64,000 nt of DNA from Turneriella sp. (GTDB taxonomy: Bacteria; Spirochaetota; Leptospiria; Turneriellales; Turneriellaceae), in NCBI GenBank assembly GCA_965279515.1, contig CBDIID010000003.1:448001-512000 (forward strand), given 5' to 3'. How positions within the stretch are numbered: the first letter of the stretch is position 1; each line of letters begins with the position of its first letter. Shown in pieces: positions 20,156 through 30,132 of this stretch. A model generated the notes under the pieces. That model was not told the origin of the DNA. It saw only the letters and a list, made by a program, of their open reading frames with translations, and did not search any database. Made by a program: the position numbers and the translations under genes.

Positions 20156-20458
20156 ATGGGTTTAGGCGATATCAAAGACATGATGGGTCAGATGCGTGCG
20201 GCGCAGCAGCAGATGAAAGAGGTCCAGAAAAAGCTGGGCTCGATGCGCGTCTCGGCTGAAACCGGTGGCGGCATGGTCAAAGCCATCGTCGACGGTGAGG
20301 CCAACCTCATCGACCTCGAAATTGACACCTCTCTGCTTGAAGCAGACGAAATTAAAGTTTTACCCAAACTCATCAAAAAAGCCATTCAGGAAGCCCAAAA
20401 AGACGCGCGCAAGCAGGTGATGTCCGACATGAAAGGCATGCTGGGTGGCATGATGTAA
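20156..20458 (+). CDS. ybaB: YbaB/EbfC nucleoid-associated protein
   Basis: GGGMVKAIVDG motif; upstream of recR. Confidence 0.9.
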   Translation: MGLGDIKDMMGQMRAAQQQMKEVQKKLGSMRVSAETGGGMVKAIVDGEANLIDLEIDTSLLEADEIKVLPKLIKKAIQEAQKDARKQVMSDMKGMLGGMM

Positions 20459-20524
20459 GACCCGGAGATGCCGCTGCCGGCTGAACAAGCCGGAACGAAA
20501 ACAACGGGCAGCGCAGCGCTTTAG

Positions 20525-20557
20525 CAGCAACTTGCCAGCAAGTTGCCAGCAAGTTGC
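20525..20557. repeat. 3 x 11-bp tandem repeat CAGCAA(C/G)TTGC
   Basis: cagcaacttgc cagcaagttgc cagcaagttgc read directly. Confidence 0.85.
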
Positions 20558-20602
20558 GAGGCCTGTTGTTTTCGAGGCATCGTAGGGCCTATTGGAAAAA
20601 AA

Positions 20603-21205
20603 ATGCCCCCCGAATTACTCGCAGCGATCGAGGCCATCGCGGCCCTACCCGGCATCGGCAGGCGCTCGGCCATGCGCATCGCCTTTGATCTCATACACCA
20701 GGGCCCGGTGCGGGTCGGCAATCTCACGAAAGCGCTGACGCAGCTGGTTTCAGAAGTTGCCCTGTGCAGCCGTTGCGGCGCATATATCAGCCGAAATCCC
20801 GGGCAAGAAAATTGCCTCTACTGCGATTCCCCCCGGCGTTCGCATGACAGCCTTTGCGTCGTAGAAAATCCATCCGATGTCTATGCCGTCGAGAACACCG
20901 GCGAGCATGCAGGCCTCTACCATGTGCTGGGCGGAGTGCTTTCGCCGCTCGATGGCATCGGGCCTGAAGAACTGAATCTACCCAGGCTGGCTGAGCGTGT
21001 ACAGCAGCTTGCTGTTAAAGAAGTCATTGTCGCCGCTAACCCGAGTGTCGAGGGCAATGCCACAGGGCACTATATTGCCGATATGCTGAAGCCCACAGGC
21101 GTACGCGTCACACGCATTGCCACAGGCCTGGCGCTCGGGCAAATGCTCGACTACGCTGAAACACAGGCCATATCGCAGTCCCTCAGGCAACGCGTCGAAC
21201 TGTGA
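20603..21205 (+). CDS. recR: Recombination mediator RecR
   Basis: LPGIGRRSAMR, C4 Zn finger, CVVE, YHVLGGVLSPLDGIGP, Toprim; ATG 20603 preferred over TTG 20543. Confidence 0.95.
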   Translation: MPPELLAAIEAIAALPGIGRRSAMRIAFDLIHQGPVRVGNLTKALTQLVSEVALCSRCGAYISRNPGQENCLYCDSPRRSHDSLCVVENPSDVYAVENTGEHAGLYHVLGGVLSPLDGIGPEELNLPRLAERVQQLAVKEVIVAANPSVEGNATGHYIADMLKPTGVRVTRIATGLALGQMLDYAETQAISQSLRQRVEL

Positions 21206-21897
21206 TCTCTGTCATCATTCCCGCTCTCAACGAAGAAAAATCGCTGCCACTCGTTGTGGCTGGTCTTAAAAAGACGGCGCAGCAGTATAAACTTAAACTC
21301 GAAATCATCGTCTGCGACAACGGTTCATCCGATAAGACGGTTGAGGTGGCAAAAAAAGGCGGATGTCTTGTGGTGCAGGAAAGTGAGCGCGGTTATGGCG
21401 CTGCCTGCCTCAGGGCTTTGACCGAGGTTTCACCAAAGACAAAAGTGATTCTCTTTATCGATGCGGATTATTCCGATTATCCCGAGGAATTCCCCAGCCT
21501 CGTTCTACCTGTCATCAACGGCACTGCCGACCTGGTGATCGGCTCGCGTATCCTTAAGGGAGCGCGCCGCGAGCAAGGCTCGCTTACCCCGCAGCAGAAA
21601 TTCGGCAACTGGCTCGCAACGTTTCTCATCAGGCTGCTTTTCAAACAGCGCTACAGTGACCTGGGGCCATTCCGCGCCGTGAGCGCCCGGGCATTTCACA
21701 ACCTTGCCATGGCCGACCGCAATTTCGGCTGGACCGTAGAGATGCAGATTCGCGCGGCGAAGCAGAAGCTGCGCATTCTCGAAGTGCCAGTGAGTTACCG
21801 CAAACGCATCGGTGTCTCGAAGATTTCGGGAACCGTCAAGGGAACGATTATGGCCGGTTACATTATTCTCAAAACCATCTTCCGGGAGTTGTTTTGA
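21202..21897 (+). CDS. Glycosyltransferase family 2
   Basis: SVIIPALNEE, DNGSSD, DAD, VSKISGT. Confidence 0.92.
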   Translation: MISVIIPALNEEKSLPLVVAGLKKTAQQYKLKLEIIVCDNGSSDKTVEVAKKGGCLVVQESERGYGAACLRALTEVSPKTKVILFIDADYSDYPEEFPSLVLPVINGTADLVIGSRILKGARREQGSLTPQQKFGNWLATFLIRLLFKQRYSDLGPFRAVSARAFHNLAMADRNFGWTVEMQIRAAKQKLRILEVPVSYRKRIGVSKISGTVKGTIMAGYIILKTIFRELF

Positions 21898-21931
21898 TTG
21901 ACGCGTCGCCGAATAATTCCCCTGTGCAGGG

Positions 21932-22816
21932 GTGATTCGCCCGAAATTTGCCGGTTTCATTTTATTCTGCGCCTTCGCATCGCTGCACGGGGAGAAATCC
22001 GCCACCTTTGAATGGCCCGTCGAAAAAGACAAAAAATACCAGATCAGCTCGACCTTCGGCGAATCGCGCATCGACCACTTCCATAACGGCATCGACCTGC
22101 CCGGCGAAGGTTCAAAGGTGCTCGCTCCCAAAGACGGCCGCGTGCTCTACCGCATTAACGCCGAATTTACCCCCGGTGAGATGCCGTTCGGTGGCGGCAA
22201 TACGCTGATTCTCGATCACGGCAGCGAATGGTCGGGCTATATGCACCTGAAGAGCGTAGCCGATGCCGTGATAAAAAACGCCCCGATTGCCAAAGGCGAG
22301 AAGCTGGGCGCCTCGGGTAACACCGGGCATTCGGGCGGGCCGCACCTGCACTTTTTCCTCTATAACCCGGTCGAGCGCGCGATGGTGAATCCCCTGCTGT
22401 TCATGAGCGATGCCTACTACCGCGACACAAAACCACCCGAAGCCAAGGAATGGGGAGTCTTGCTCGCGGACAAATTTGCCAATGTCAATCCTGACAAACC
22501 GTTTCGCCTGAGTTCCGATTATCCGGTCTATATTTTTCTGCAGGACCATGGTATCGGGCGCGAGCGCTGGGGTGTATTTGAGTACCAGGTGAAGCTCGAC
22601 GGCAAGGACGCGATTTCAGCCAAGTTCGACAAAATCTTCTTTAAGGACGATGCCTGGAGCCTCACCAGCGGCCAGAAATTCGAAGATATTTTTTACCGCA
22701 ACCTGTATGCGCTGACGCCGCAGGTGCGCCGGTCAAAAAAAGTTTCGGTCGAGGCAAAAGACTTAAAAGGCAATACCTTTTCCAAAACCTACGAACTCAA
22801 AATCCAGCAGAACTAA
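21932..22816 (+). CDS. M23 family metallopeptidase
   Basis: HFHNGID, YMHL, GNTGHSGGPHLHF; signal peptide. Confidence 0.9.
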   Translation: MIRPKFAGFILFCAFASLHGEKSATFEWPVEKDKKYQISSTFGESRIDHFHNGIDLPGEGSKVLAPKDGRVLYRINAEFTPGEMPFGGGNTLILDHGSEWSGYMHLKSVADAVIKNAPIAKGEKLGASGNTGHSGGPHLHFFLYNPVERAMVNPLLFMSDAYYRDTKPPEAKEWGVLLADKFANVNPDKPFRLSSDYPVYIFLQDHGIGRERWGVFEYQVKLDGKDAISAKFDKIFFKDDAWSLTSGQKFEDIFYRNLYALTPQVRRSKKVSVEAKDLKGNTFSKTYELKIQQN

Positions 22817-22835
22817 GCTGCGAGTTTGGCCGAGA

Positions 22836-23417
22836 CTATTTTACCGGAAAAATGGGAGGAGAATTTTCCAGTTTCAGGTCGAAAGTTCCCCGAACTATAT
22901 TCTCAGCGTTAGAATAGAATGTGAAAAATCCGGCAAGGCGGCCGCCGGGAACAGGATCCGCATGGGAAAAGACAACATACCCATTACGGAATGTTTCTCT
23001 TCGTAATGACCGGACTTCTTCGTTTTCTCTGCGGGCCGTCCTTTCCGGAGTATAAACTTCAAGTTCAAAATCCGGGCCACTCAAAAAGCCGGAAATGAGA
23101 GCACCGGGCTGCGGTTTATTTTTCATGCGGATGCAGAAATACATTTTTCCTGATACTCCCTGGGGCAGAACAGATACCGGAATATTGTTGAAATCGAGGT
23201 AGCTTTCAGAGTTCATATTCAGCCTTATCGAATCCCATTCAAAATTTTCCATGGTAACCGTCTGGGTACCTATATCCTTTAAGAAATACGTAATCTCTGC
23301 CTTGCCCTTTCCGACAAAAGAATCACTTTTAAACGCCTTCCGCAGATCTGGAGTGCTGCACCCGGCGGCGAAACAAAGCGCAAGGAGCCAGATAAATGGG
23401 TAGCCGACTTTCAACAT
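22836..23417 (-). CDS. Hypothetical lipoprotein
   Basis: Lipobox AAGC after a hydrophobic stretch. Confidence 0.65.
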   Translation of the reverse strand: MLKVGYPFIWLLALCFAAGCSTPDLRKAFKSDSFVGKGKAEITYFLKDIGTQTVTMENFEWDSIRLNMNSESYLDFNNIPVSVLPQGVSGKMYFCIRMKNKPQPGALISGFLSGPDFELEVYTPERTARRENEEVRSLRRETFRNGYVVFSHADPVPGGRLAGFFTFYSNAENIVRGTFDLKLENSPPIFPVK

Positions 23418-23434
23418 CTATGTCCGCCCACCAG

Positions 23435-24067
23435 CTAGTACTCCACCGGGTACGGATCGAGGCTGCGCCACAGATACCAGACCGCCACAGTCGAATAAGG
23501 CGACCAGGGTGCGGCCACCTTGCGGATGCTCTTCAGTGAAACCTTTTTGCCCTTGAAATAATTGAGTTGAATTGCGCGAATCAGCCCCACATCACCCAAG
23601 GGTAAAACATCAGGCCGCCACAGATTGAACATCAGGTACATTTCGGCCGTCCAGGGGCCGATGCCATGGAGCTCCACCAAAGCGCTTTTCGCTTCGTCGT
23701 CCTCAAGCCGCGCGAGTTTTGCCGCGCTGATTTTTTTCCCTACAAAATGTTCTGCAAGATTCTGTAAATAAACCGCCTTACGCTCCGAGAGTCCACAACC
23801 ACGGAGCTCCGCAACCTTCAAGGCCATAATGCGCCGGGGATCTATCTTCGCGCTTTTGCCCTGAACCGCGCTGACGACTCGCCCCCAAATGGCATCCGCG
23901 GCTTTCACGGAAATCTGCTGCCCTGCAATCGCGCGCGCCAACGTGGTAAATGAATCTTTTTTAAGCCTCAGGCTTACTTCGGGGTAACGCGCAATGATCG
24001 GCCTTAAGACGGGATCACGGCTGAGATGCGTTTTCGCATCCTGCCAATAATGCGGCACCTTTTCCAC
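23435..24067 (-). CDS. DNA-3-methyladenine glycosylase (AlkA, HhH-GPD family)
   Basis: QQISVKAA, GIGPWTAEM, PDVLPLGD, WSPY. Confidence 0.92.
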   Translation of the reverse strand: MEKVPHYWQDAKTHLSRDPVLRPIIARYPEVSLRLKKDSFTTLARAIAGQQISVKAADAIWGRVVSAVQGKSAKIDPRRIMALKVAELRGCGLSERKAVYLQNLAEHFVGKKISAAKLARLEDDEAKSALVELHGIGPWTAEMYLMFNLWRPDVLPLGDVGLIRAIQLNYFKGKKVSLKSIRKVAAPWSPYSTVAVWYLWRSLDPYPVEY

Positions 24068-24068
24068 T

Positions 24069-24794
24069 TTAGGATTTCAAAAGTGCTTCGACCTTATGCA
24101 CATCGTCGGGCACATCGACCCCCGGCGAATCGACCGTCGCCACATGCACATAGATCTGAAAGCCGTTAAACAGAAAGCGCAACTGTTCGAGGCTCTCCGC
24201 TTCTTCGAGCGGCGCCACGGGTAACTTGGCGAGCTTTAGCAGCGCTTCGCGCGAATATGCGTACAGGCCCTGGTGTTTTAATGCCGGCAGGCGGTCCTGG
24301 ATGTTCTTGCGGTAAAATGGTATCGGCGAACGCGAAAAATACAGAGCGCGGCCGTCATGCGCGAGAACGACCTTGACCTGATTTTCGTTCCGGAAATCCG
24401 CATCTGCCTTAAACGGCACTGCTGTTGTGGTAATATCCGCGCCACGGGCAAAGAGCGCCAGCGCCCCTGAAATATTCTCAGCGGGTAACAGGGGTTCATC
24501 CCCCTGGACATTGACGTAATGCGTAAAACCGGGATACTGCTCGGCAACCTCGACAATGCGGTCGAAGCCCGAAACATGGTCAGCGCGCGTCATCACAGCC
24601 TCGCCGCCAAAACCTTTCACGGCGTCGGCGATGCGCAAATCATCGGTGGCAACGACGACATGACCGAGTTCGGGGCATTTTTTCGCAGCTGCATAGACCC
24701 ACTCTACCATGGGTTTTCCGGCAATCAGGTGCAGGGGCTTACCCGGAAACCGGGTCGAAGCAAAACGGGCAGGGATTACTCCCAGGGCGCGCAT
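24069..24794 (-). CDS. kdsB: 3-deoxy-manno-octulosonate cytidylyltransferase
   Basis: IPARFASTRFPGKPL, NVQGDEP, LYFSRSPIP, LEQLR. Confidence 0.95.
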   Translation of the reverse strand: MRALGVIPARFASTRFPGKPLHLIAGKPMVEWVYAAAKKCPELGHVVVATDDLRIADAVKGFGGEAVMTRADHVSGFDRIVEVAEQYPGFTHYVNVQGDEPLLPAENISGALALFARGADITTTAVPFKADADFRNENQVKVVLAHDGRALYFSRSPIPFYRKNIQDRLPALKHQGLYAYSREALLKLAKLPVAPLEEAESLEQLRFLFNGFQIYVHVATVDSPGVDVPDDVHKVEALLKS

Positions 24795-24796
24795 TA

Positions 24797-26635
24797 TTAT
24801 ATCTCTTCTTTATCGTCGTTCGATGAAGGCGGTGCGCCGGTGCCAAACGTGGAACCGAAGGAGGCAATCATTTCTTCGTCAGTCATCGGTGTCAGCGGGA
24901 AAAGGTCGCCATTGGCGAGGCGCTCTTTGAAGGCGACGGCATAACAATAGGCATCCATAATACACTGTTTCACCGGCTTGCCATTGAGGCGCTTATTCTT
25001 TTCTTCGGAATCGAATTTCACCGGCTCATCCATGTTACCGACGATCTGCTTGGCACCTTTCATATCGGCAATGAGAAAGGCCATGGACTTGGCGACATTG
25101 TCCATGAACGTGCGCACCAACCCGCGTGTATTGCGGCCTTCCATGTCTGCGCGGCCCTTGGCCTTATCGTCGAGTTTGGATTTTTCAATATAATTCGTTG
25201 ATTTGCGGTCTCTCTGCTGTTTATATTCGAATAGCATCTCTTCGTATTTTTCATACGCCTTGATGATGGCGCGCGATTCATTATAGAGATCTGCCATCTG
25301 CTTTTTGTAGTCGGATTTCACTCCGCCGGAATAATCGACGTTGATGTGGATCTTGTTCGTCGTCAGCACAAAGGAGTACTCGTGGTCAAATTCGAGAAAA
25401 TAGAGATAGGTCAGGAGTATCCGGTCGTTGAGATCGACCTTTTCAAGCATACGCTTCGACTTGTCATGGTGCTCGATGAGCGTGGGGGGCAGCTGCGACT
25501 TCATCAGCGACATGCCATACTGGTATTCCTTGGTATCGTAGATGCCGCCCTTTTTCTCTTCCTCTTTTTTCTCTTCGCCCTTGGCCTCTTCCGCATTTTC
25601 TGCAGGGGCATCAGGCGCATTGGATTCGAGGGTAGAGCCGTCGCCCTTGCGGCGCTGGCCGAGTTTATCATTTTGCGTCACCGAAATTGCCTTTTCCAGC
25701 AGCGGCGACATCGGCGGATAATCCATACTGTCAGCGAGGCAGATCAGGTGGAACAGTTTCGGGTAGGCTGTCTGGAAAGCCGCTTTAGAGTTAGTATGAA
25801 AACGCTTCTGTTTGATGATCATGCCCTGAATCGACTCCGCCGAAAGTTTCGCCGAATGTGCCTCGGGGGTGAAAACATCGAGGGCAAAGCCCATCGCCTT
25901 CTTAAAAGTCTCCTGGAAAGGATAGAGAATGTAGAGGGTACGATAGATCGATTTCAGCGAGGCGATCGCCGTATCGAGGGGCACGGCTGCCCCCGCCTGC
26001 GCCGCCGTCGAGAATGGATTAAAGTATTCGCTGTTATACATATGGTGCGCATACTCGAGTGTCTCCATCAACAGGGGATTGCGGTTGTCGAGATTGTGCA
26101 TGATCTTCTTACCGATCGTCGGGCGCTGCAAAAACAGGTCATTGCCGATCAGGTTAAATTCGATTAAAGCCTGTTTGAGTTCAAGATTTAAGAACTGTAC
26201 AAAAGAGGGTTTAATGACGCGCCCCGAAAAAGGCGCGACGCCAGCCATAAAGCAGCGCAGCTTGATCATAAAGCGCGCACCGGGACCCGAGATTTTCTTC
26301 AGGGCTTTCTCGTATTCCTGCCGCGCCCGCTGCGACTTTTCAGCCTCATCGCGCTCGCGCTCACGGCGCAGCTCCGATGGCAATTTGGTTTCAGGAATGC
26401 CACCGCCCCCGCCACCTCCGCCGCCAACACCCCGAGACAGACCGCCTGCACCACCCGCTTTGGCCTCGGCAGCACGGCGCGCATCTTCAGCCTTTTCGGC
26501 GATGCTTTTTTCCTTGAGAACCTGACCGCCCGACGACTTGAAGCGCTCGAGCATCTCTTTGCGCTCGGCATTATCCATTTCATTGGCACCAATCGCAGAG
26601 CGGGTTTGGTCAAATTCGTACTTAGCGTCAGCCAT
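24797..26635 (-). CDS. Large hypothetical helical protein
   Basis: Long ORF with host-like codon use; probable start ATG 26635 (MADAKY). Confidence 0.8.
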   Translation of the reverse strand: MADAKYEFDQTRSAIGANEMDNAERKEMLERFKSSGGQVLKEKSIAEKAEDARRAAEAKAGGAGGLSRGVGGGGGGGGGIPETKLPSELRRERERDEAEKSQRARQEYEKALKKISGPGARFMIKLRCFMAGVAPFSGRVIKPSFVQFLNLELKQALIEFNLIGNDLFLQRPTIGKKIMHNLDNRNPLLMETLEYAHHMYNSEYFNPFSTAAQAGAAVPLDTAIASLKSIYRTLYILYPFQETFKKAMGFALDVFTPEAHSAKLSAESIQGMIIKQKRFHTNSKAAFQTAYPKLFHLICLADSMDYPPMSPLLEKAISVTQNDKLGQRRKGDGSTLESNAPDAPAENAEEAKGEEKKEEEKKGGIYDTKEYQYGMSLMKSQLPPTLIEHHDKSKRMLEKVDLNDRILLTYLYFLEFDHEYSFVLTTNKIHINVDYSGGVKSDYKKQMADLYNESRAIIKAYEKYEEMLFEYKQQRDRKSTNYIEKSKLDDKAKGRADMEGRNTRGLVRTFMDNVAKSMAFLIADMKGAKQIVGNMDEPVKFDSEEKNKRLNGKPVKQCIMDAYCYAVAFKERLANGDLFPLTPMTDEEMIASFGSTFGTGAPPSSNDDKEEI

Positions 26636-26718
26636 CGGTGACTTCTGAAAAGTGGTGCGCGACGTTGGGTCAAGCAGAATCAACTTGCCGCTATGTCTTT
26701 GAGCCAAAGTTTGCCGGT

Positions 26719-26919
26719 ATGAAAGCAGGTATACATCCCGTTTATGAAGACGCGGTGATTCGCTGCGCGTGCGGTGCTGAGCACAAGACGCGTTCGACGA
26801 AAAAAGAGATCTTCGTCGAGATTTGTTCGAATTGCCACCCGTTCTTCACTGGCAAAACGAAGCTGGTCGATACGGCCGGCCGCGTAGACAAATTCAAGAA
26901 AAAATACAAGATGAAGTAA
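26719..26919 (+). CDS. rpmE: 50S ribosomal protein L31 (Cys-containing type)
   Basis: MKAGIHPVY...CACG...[10 protein letters not shown]...GRVDKF. Confidence 0.96.
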   Translation: MKAGIHPVYEDAVIRCACGAEHKTRSTKKEIFVEICSNCHPFFTGKTKLVDTAGRVDKFKKKYKMK

Positions 26920-26956
26920 CCCTTGGGAATTCGCGAAAAATCGCGAACCCGAAGGG
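26920..26956 (+). terminator. Hairpin after rpmE
   Basis: CCCTT..TTCGCGA-aaaa-TCGCGAA..AAGGG; no clear U-tract. Confidence 0.45.
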
Positions 26957-27021
26957 AAGCCTCATCAGGCAGCGAAGCGCTTTACAGCTTTACCTGTCAT
27001 TTAACCCGCGCGGCTTAAGCT

Positions 27022-27846
27022 ATGCCCGTACCGTGCGATCTCAGCTGGGCCTGCGCCCAGCAAATCACGATTTATCACCTGAAGATGAATTTTATCCGCT
27101 ACTATCCGATAGCGGGTCTGGCTTTCTTCATCTTCTGGGTTTGGAAAAAAGGCTACTTCCAGCGTTTTCGCATACAACAGGCATTCCCGCGCTGGGATCG
27201 CATCCGGTATGAGATATTTCAATCTGGCGTAACCCTCATCGTATTCTCAGCCATCGCCATTGGCGCCGTCGTCGGCCGCAAGGCTGGCATATTGCCGGGT
27301 GAAATTTACCGTGATGCAGGCAAATACGGCGGATGGCCCTACATGCTGTTTTCGATCGCCCTGCTCACGGTATGGCACGAAACCTGGTTCTACTGGATGC
27401 ACCGCCTCGTGCACCGCAAGGCACTGTATAAACATGTCCATCTCGTGCACCACCGCTCGATCAATCCCTCACCGCTGGCTGCGTATAATTTTCACGCATT
27501 TGAAGCGTTTCTCGAGGCTATCTATATCGTACTCTTTACGTTCGTCATACCTGTGCACTTTTGGGTACTGCTCGGACACACCTTCTATGCGATGATCATG
27601 AACATCTGGTGGCATCTCGGCTATGAGTTTTTTCCTTCAGGCTGGGTAACACACCCCGTTTTAAAATGGATCAACACGTCGACGCACCATAACATGCACC
27701 ACGCCAAATTCGACGGCAACTACAGTCTCTATTTCAACTTCTGGGATCGCGTCATGGGCACCAATTTTCCCGAATATGAGAAACATTTCGCCGAAGTGGC
27801 TGCGCGGCGCAAACAAGGGAGCCAGCCGGCGACGGCAACTGCTTAA
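27022..27846 (+). CDS. Sterol desaturase/fatty-acid hydroxylase family
   Basis: His boxes HRLVH, HLVHH, HHNMHH; membrane segments. Confidence 0.9.
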   Translation: MPVPCDLSWACAQQITIYHLKMNFIRYYPIAGLAFFIFWVWKKGYFQRFRIQQAFPRWDRIRYEIFQSGVTLIVFSAIAIGAVVGRKAGILPGEIYRDAGKYGGWPYMLFSIALLTVWHETWFYWMHRLVHRKALYKHVHLVHHRSINPSPLAAYNFHAFEAFLEAIYIVLFTFVIPVHFWVLLGHTFYAMIMNIWWHLGYEFFPSGWVTHPVLKWINTSTHHNMHHAKFDGNYSLYFNFWDRVMGTNFPEYEKHFAEVAARRKQGSQPATATA

Positions 27847-28256
27847 ACTTTTTTGACTTTGAGTTTTTCGAGTTCGGCCAATTTGATGAGCCGCTTATCG
27901 AAACAAACAAAATAAGCGGCTTTTGCGCTCAAGGCGGACGCAAGCTGAATATTATCCAGCGTTTTATGACCATATTGCTCCGCCAGCTTTTTCACCTTGA
28001 CCTCGATACTTGCATCATAGGGTAAGATGGTAAAATCTTCAAAGTCTGCCTCCAACGCTTGCACGGCGTGCTGGTAATCAGGTTTCGTAATTTTGCCGCC
28101 GCGCAGGTTAAAACCCAGAGATGAATACAACTCAGATTTGGTCACGCCGCTCACAACAATTGAATCTGCTTTTTCGAACAAACGAAGGACATCCGGCGAA
28201 CCTTCTTCAGCGATGTAGCGTTTCAGTAACGCGGAAGTGTCGAAAAAAAGGCGGAT
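27843..28256 (-). CDS. vapC: VapC-type PIN toxin with non-canonical or damaged start
   Basis: Frame extends upstream of the track ORF to RLFFDTSALLKRY; LDNIQLASA and FD..L PIN motifs; first codon is ATC. Confidence 0.75.
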   Translation of the reverse strand: MRLFFDTSALLKRYIAEEGSPDVLRLFEKADSIVVSGVTKSELYSSLGFNLRGGKITKPDYQHAVQALEADFEDFTILPYDASIEVKVKKLAEQYGHKTLDNIQLASALSAKAAYFVCFDKRLIKLAELEKLKVKKV

Positions 28257-28257
28257 A

Positions 28258-28485
28258 TCAATCTCTCATGATGCGGAGCGTTTCTTCTATAGACCCACCA
28301 CCCTTGAGCTTAATCGGTTTGAACGGACGCTTCCAGCTTTTTTCCTGTTTAGGCTCGCCGACCGGCACGATCTTAGCAACCACCTTGCCTCGACGTTCTA
28401 TCAGTATCGTATCACCTTTGGCGACGGCATCAAGGTTTTCGGCCAGATGTTGCCTCAGTTCTGAATAGGCGACGTTCAGCAGCAT
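28258..28485 (-). CDS. Phd/YefM-family antitoxin
   Basis: YSELRQHLAENLDAVAKGDTILIERRGKVVAKIVP; ACGTACAAC repeats at 28486 and 28505 as a likely operator. Confidence 0.88.
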   Translation of the reverse strand: MLLNVAYSELRQHLAENLDAVAKGDTILIERRGKVVAKIVPVGEPKQEKSWKRPFKPIKLKGGGSIEETLRIMRD

Positions 28486-28563
28486 ACGTACAACTAACAC
28501 TAAAACGTACAACCTGACAAGTTTTTTGTATTTTCAGGGTGTTTCCGCCTACCCTCTTTACCT

Positions 28564-30072
28564 ATGCTCACTCTGATCAAACAAGAAGACGTCATCGAAT
28601 CCGTCGCCGGCGCATTGCAATATATCTCCTACTACCACCCGCCCGACTTCATTCAGGCGATGAAAGTTGCGTACGAGAAAGAAGAGTCACGCGCGGCCAA
28701 AGACGCCATGGCGCAGATATTATTAAACTCACGCATGTCGGCCATCGGCCACCGCCCGCTCTGCCAGGACACAGGTATCGTTTCGGTCTTTGTCAATGTC
28801 GGTATGGATGTCCGCTGGGAGGCCTCCATGACGCTCGAAGACATGATCAACGAGGGTGTGCGCAAAGCGTATATGCACCCCGACAATGTGCTGCGCGCAT
28901 CGATTGTCTCTGACCCGGCGGGCGGTCGTAAGAACACCAAAGACAATACGCCAGCGGTCATCTATACCCGCCTCGTTCCCGGCAACACCCTCGATATCAC
29001 AGTCGCAGCCAAAGGCGGCGGCTCTGAGAACAAGGCTAAATTCACCATGCTGAACCCCTCGGACAGCATTGTCGACTGGATTATCAAAACGGTGCCCACC
29101 ATGGGTGCAGGCTGGTGCCCGCCCGGCATGCTCGGTATCGGTATCGGCGGCACGGCGGACAAGGCCATGGTACTTGCAAAAGAATCCCTCATGGACCCGA
29201 TCGATATCCAGGAACTTATTGCCCGCGGAGCGAAAACTAAATCAGAAGAGTTACGCATCACGATCTTCAACGAAGTCAATAAACTCGGCATCGGTGCGCA
29301 GGGCTTGGGTGGTCTCACCACAGTTCTCGACGTCAAAATTAAGGAATACCCCACGCATGCGGCCTCACTGCCCGTTGCGGTTATACCTAACTGTGCGGCC
29401 ACGCGCCATGCCCACCTGACGCTCGACGGTTCGGGCCCGGTGTATCTTGATCCACCCAAAATCGAAGATTGGCCGAACATTGAATGGAAAGCCGAAGGTG
29501 CAAAACGCGTCAATGTTAACCAACTGAAGAAATCCGACCTTGCTGCCTTCAAGCCCGGCGAAACCTTGCTGCTGACGGGTTCAATTCTGACAGGCCGCGA
29601 CGCCGCGCATAAGCGCATCGCCGATCTCATGGCGAAGGGCGAAAAGCTGCCTGACGGTGTTGATTTTACGGATCGTTTTATTTATTATGTGGGCCCGGTT
29701 GACCCGGTGGCAGGTGAGGTCGTCGGCCCCGCAGGCCCCACAACCGCCACGCGGATGGACAAGTTCACGGAGATGATGCTCGCAAAAACCGGCCTTATCG
29801 GCATGATTGGAAAATCGGAACGCGGCCCTGAAGGTATCGAAGCGATTAAAAAACATCAGGCAATCTACCTGATGGCCGTCGGCGGCGCTGCCTACCTCGT
29901 CGCCAAGGCGATTAAAAAGTCGCGCGTTGTCGCCTTTGCCGATCTCGGCATGGAAGCGATCTATGAATTCGAGGTCGAAGACATGCCGGTATCCGTTGCG
30001 GTCGACGTCAACGGCGAGTCGGTGCACACGACGGGCCCGGCATTCTGGAAGAAGAAGATCTCAGCGGCTTAA
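28564..30072 (+). CDS. fumA: Class I (Fe-S) fumarate hydratase
   Basis: CQDTG, KGGGSENK, CPP, GRDAAH, GPTTATRMD. Confidence 0.93.
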   Translation: MLTLIKQEDVIESVAGALQYISYYHPPDFIQAMKVAYEKEESRAAKDAMAQILLNSRMSAIGHRPLCQDTGIVSVFVNVGMDVRWEASMTLEDMINEGVRKAYMHPDNVLRASIVSDPAGGRKNTKDNTPAVIYTRLVPGNTLDITVAAKGGGSENKAKFTMLNPSDSIVDWIIKTVPTMGAGWCPPGMLGIGIGGTADKAMVLAKESLMDPIDIQELIARGAKTKSEELRITIFNEVNKLGIGAQGLGGLTTVLDVKIKEYPTHAASLPVAVIPNCAATRHAHLTLDGSGPVYLDPPKIEDWPNIEWKAEGAKRVNVNQLKKSDLAAFKPGETLLLTGSILTGRDAAHKRIADLMAKGEKLPDGVDFTDRFIYYVGPVDPVAGEVVGPAGPTTATRMDKFTEMMLAKTGLIGMIGKSERGPEGIEAIKKHQAIYLMAVGGAAYLVAKAIKKSRVVAFADLGMEAIYEFEVEDMPVSVAVDVNGESVHTTGPAFWKKKISAA

Positions 30073-30132
30073 GGGGTAAGATACCGCTTTAAGTGATTTA
30101 CCCGCTGTCTTCGAGATAAATCCTAACCGTAT

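Noticed and set aside
20525..20557. CRISPR array
   Set aside because: Units are 11 bp with no spacers and there are no cas genes. No array was noticed elsewhere by eye.
26395..26460. Poly-Gly tract in the large hypothetical protein
   Set aside because: Mixed codons; an ordinary low-complexity linker rather than a DNA repeat.
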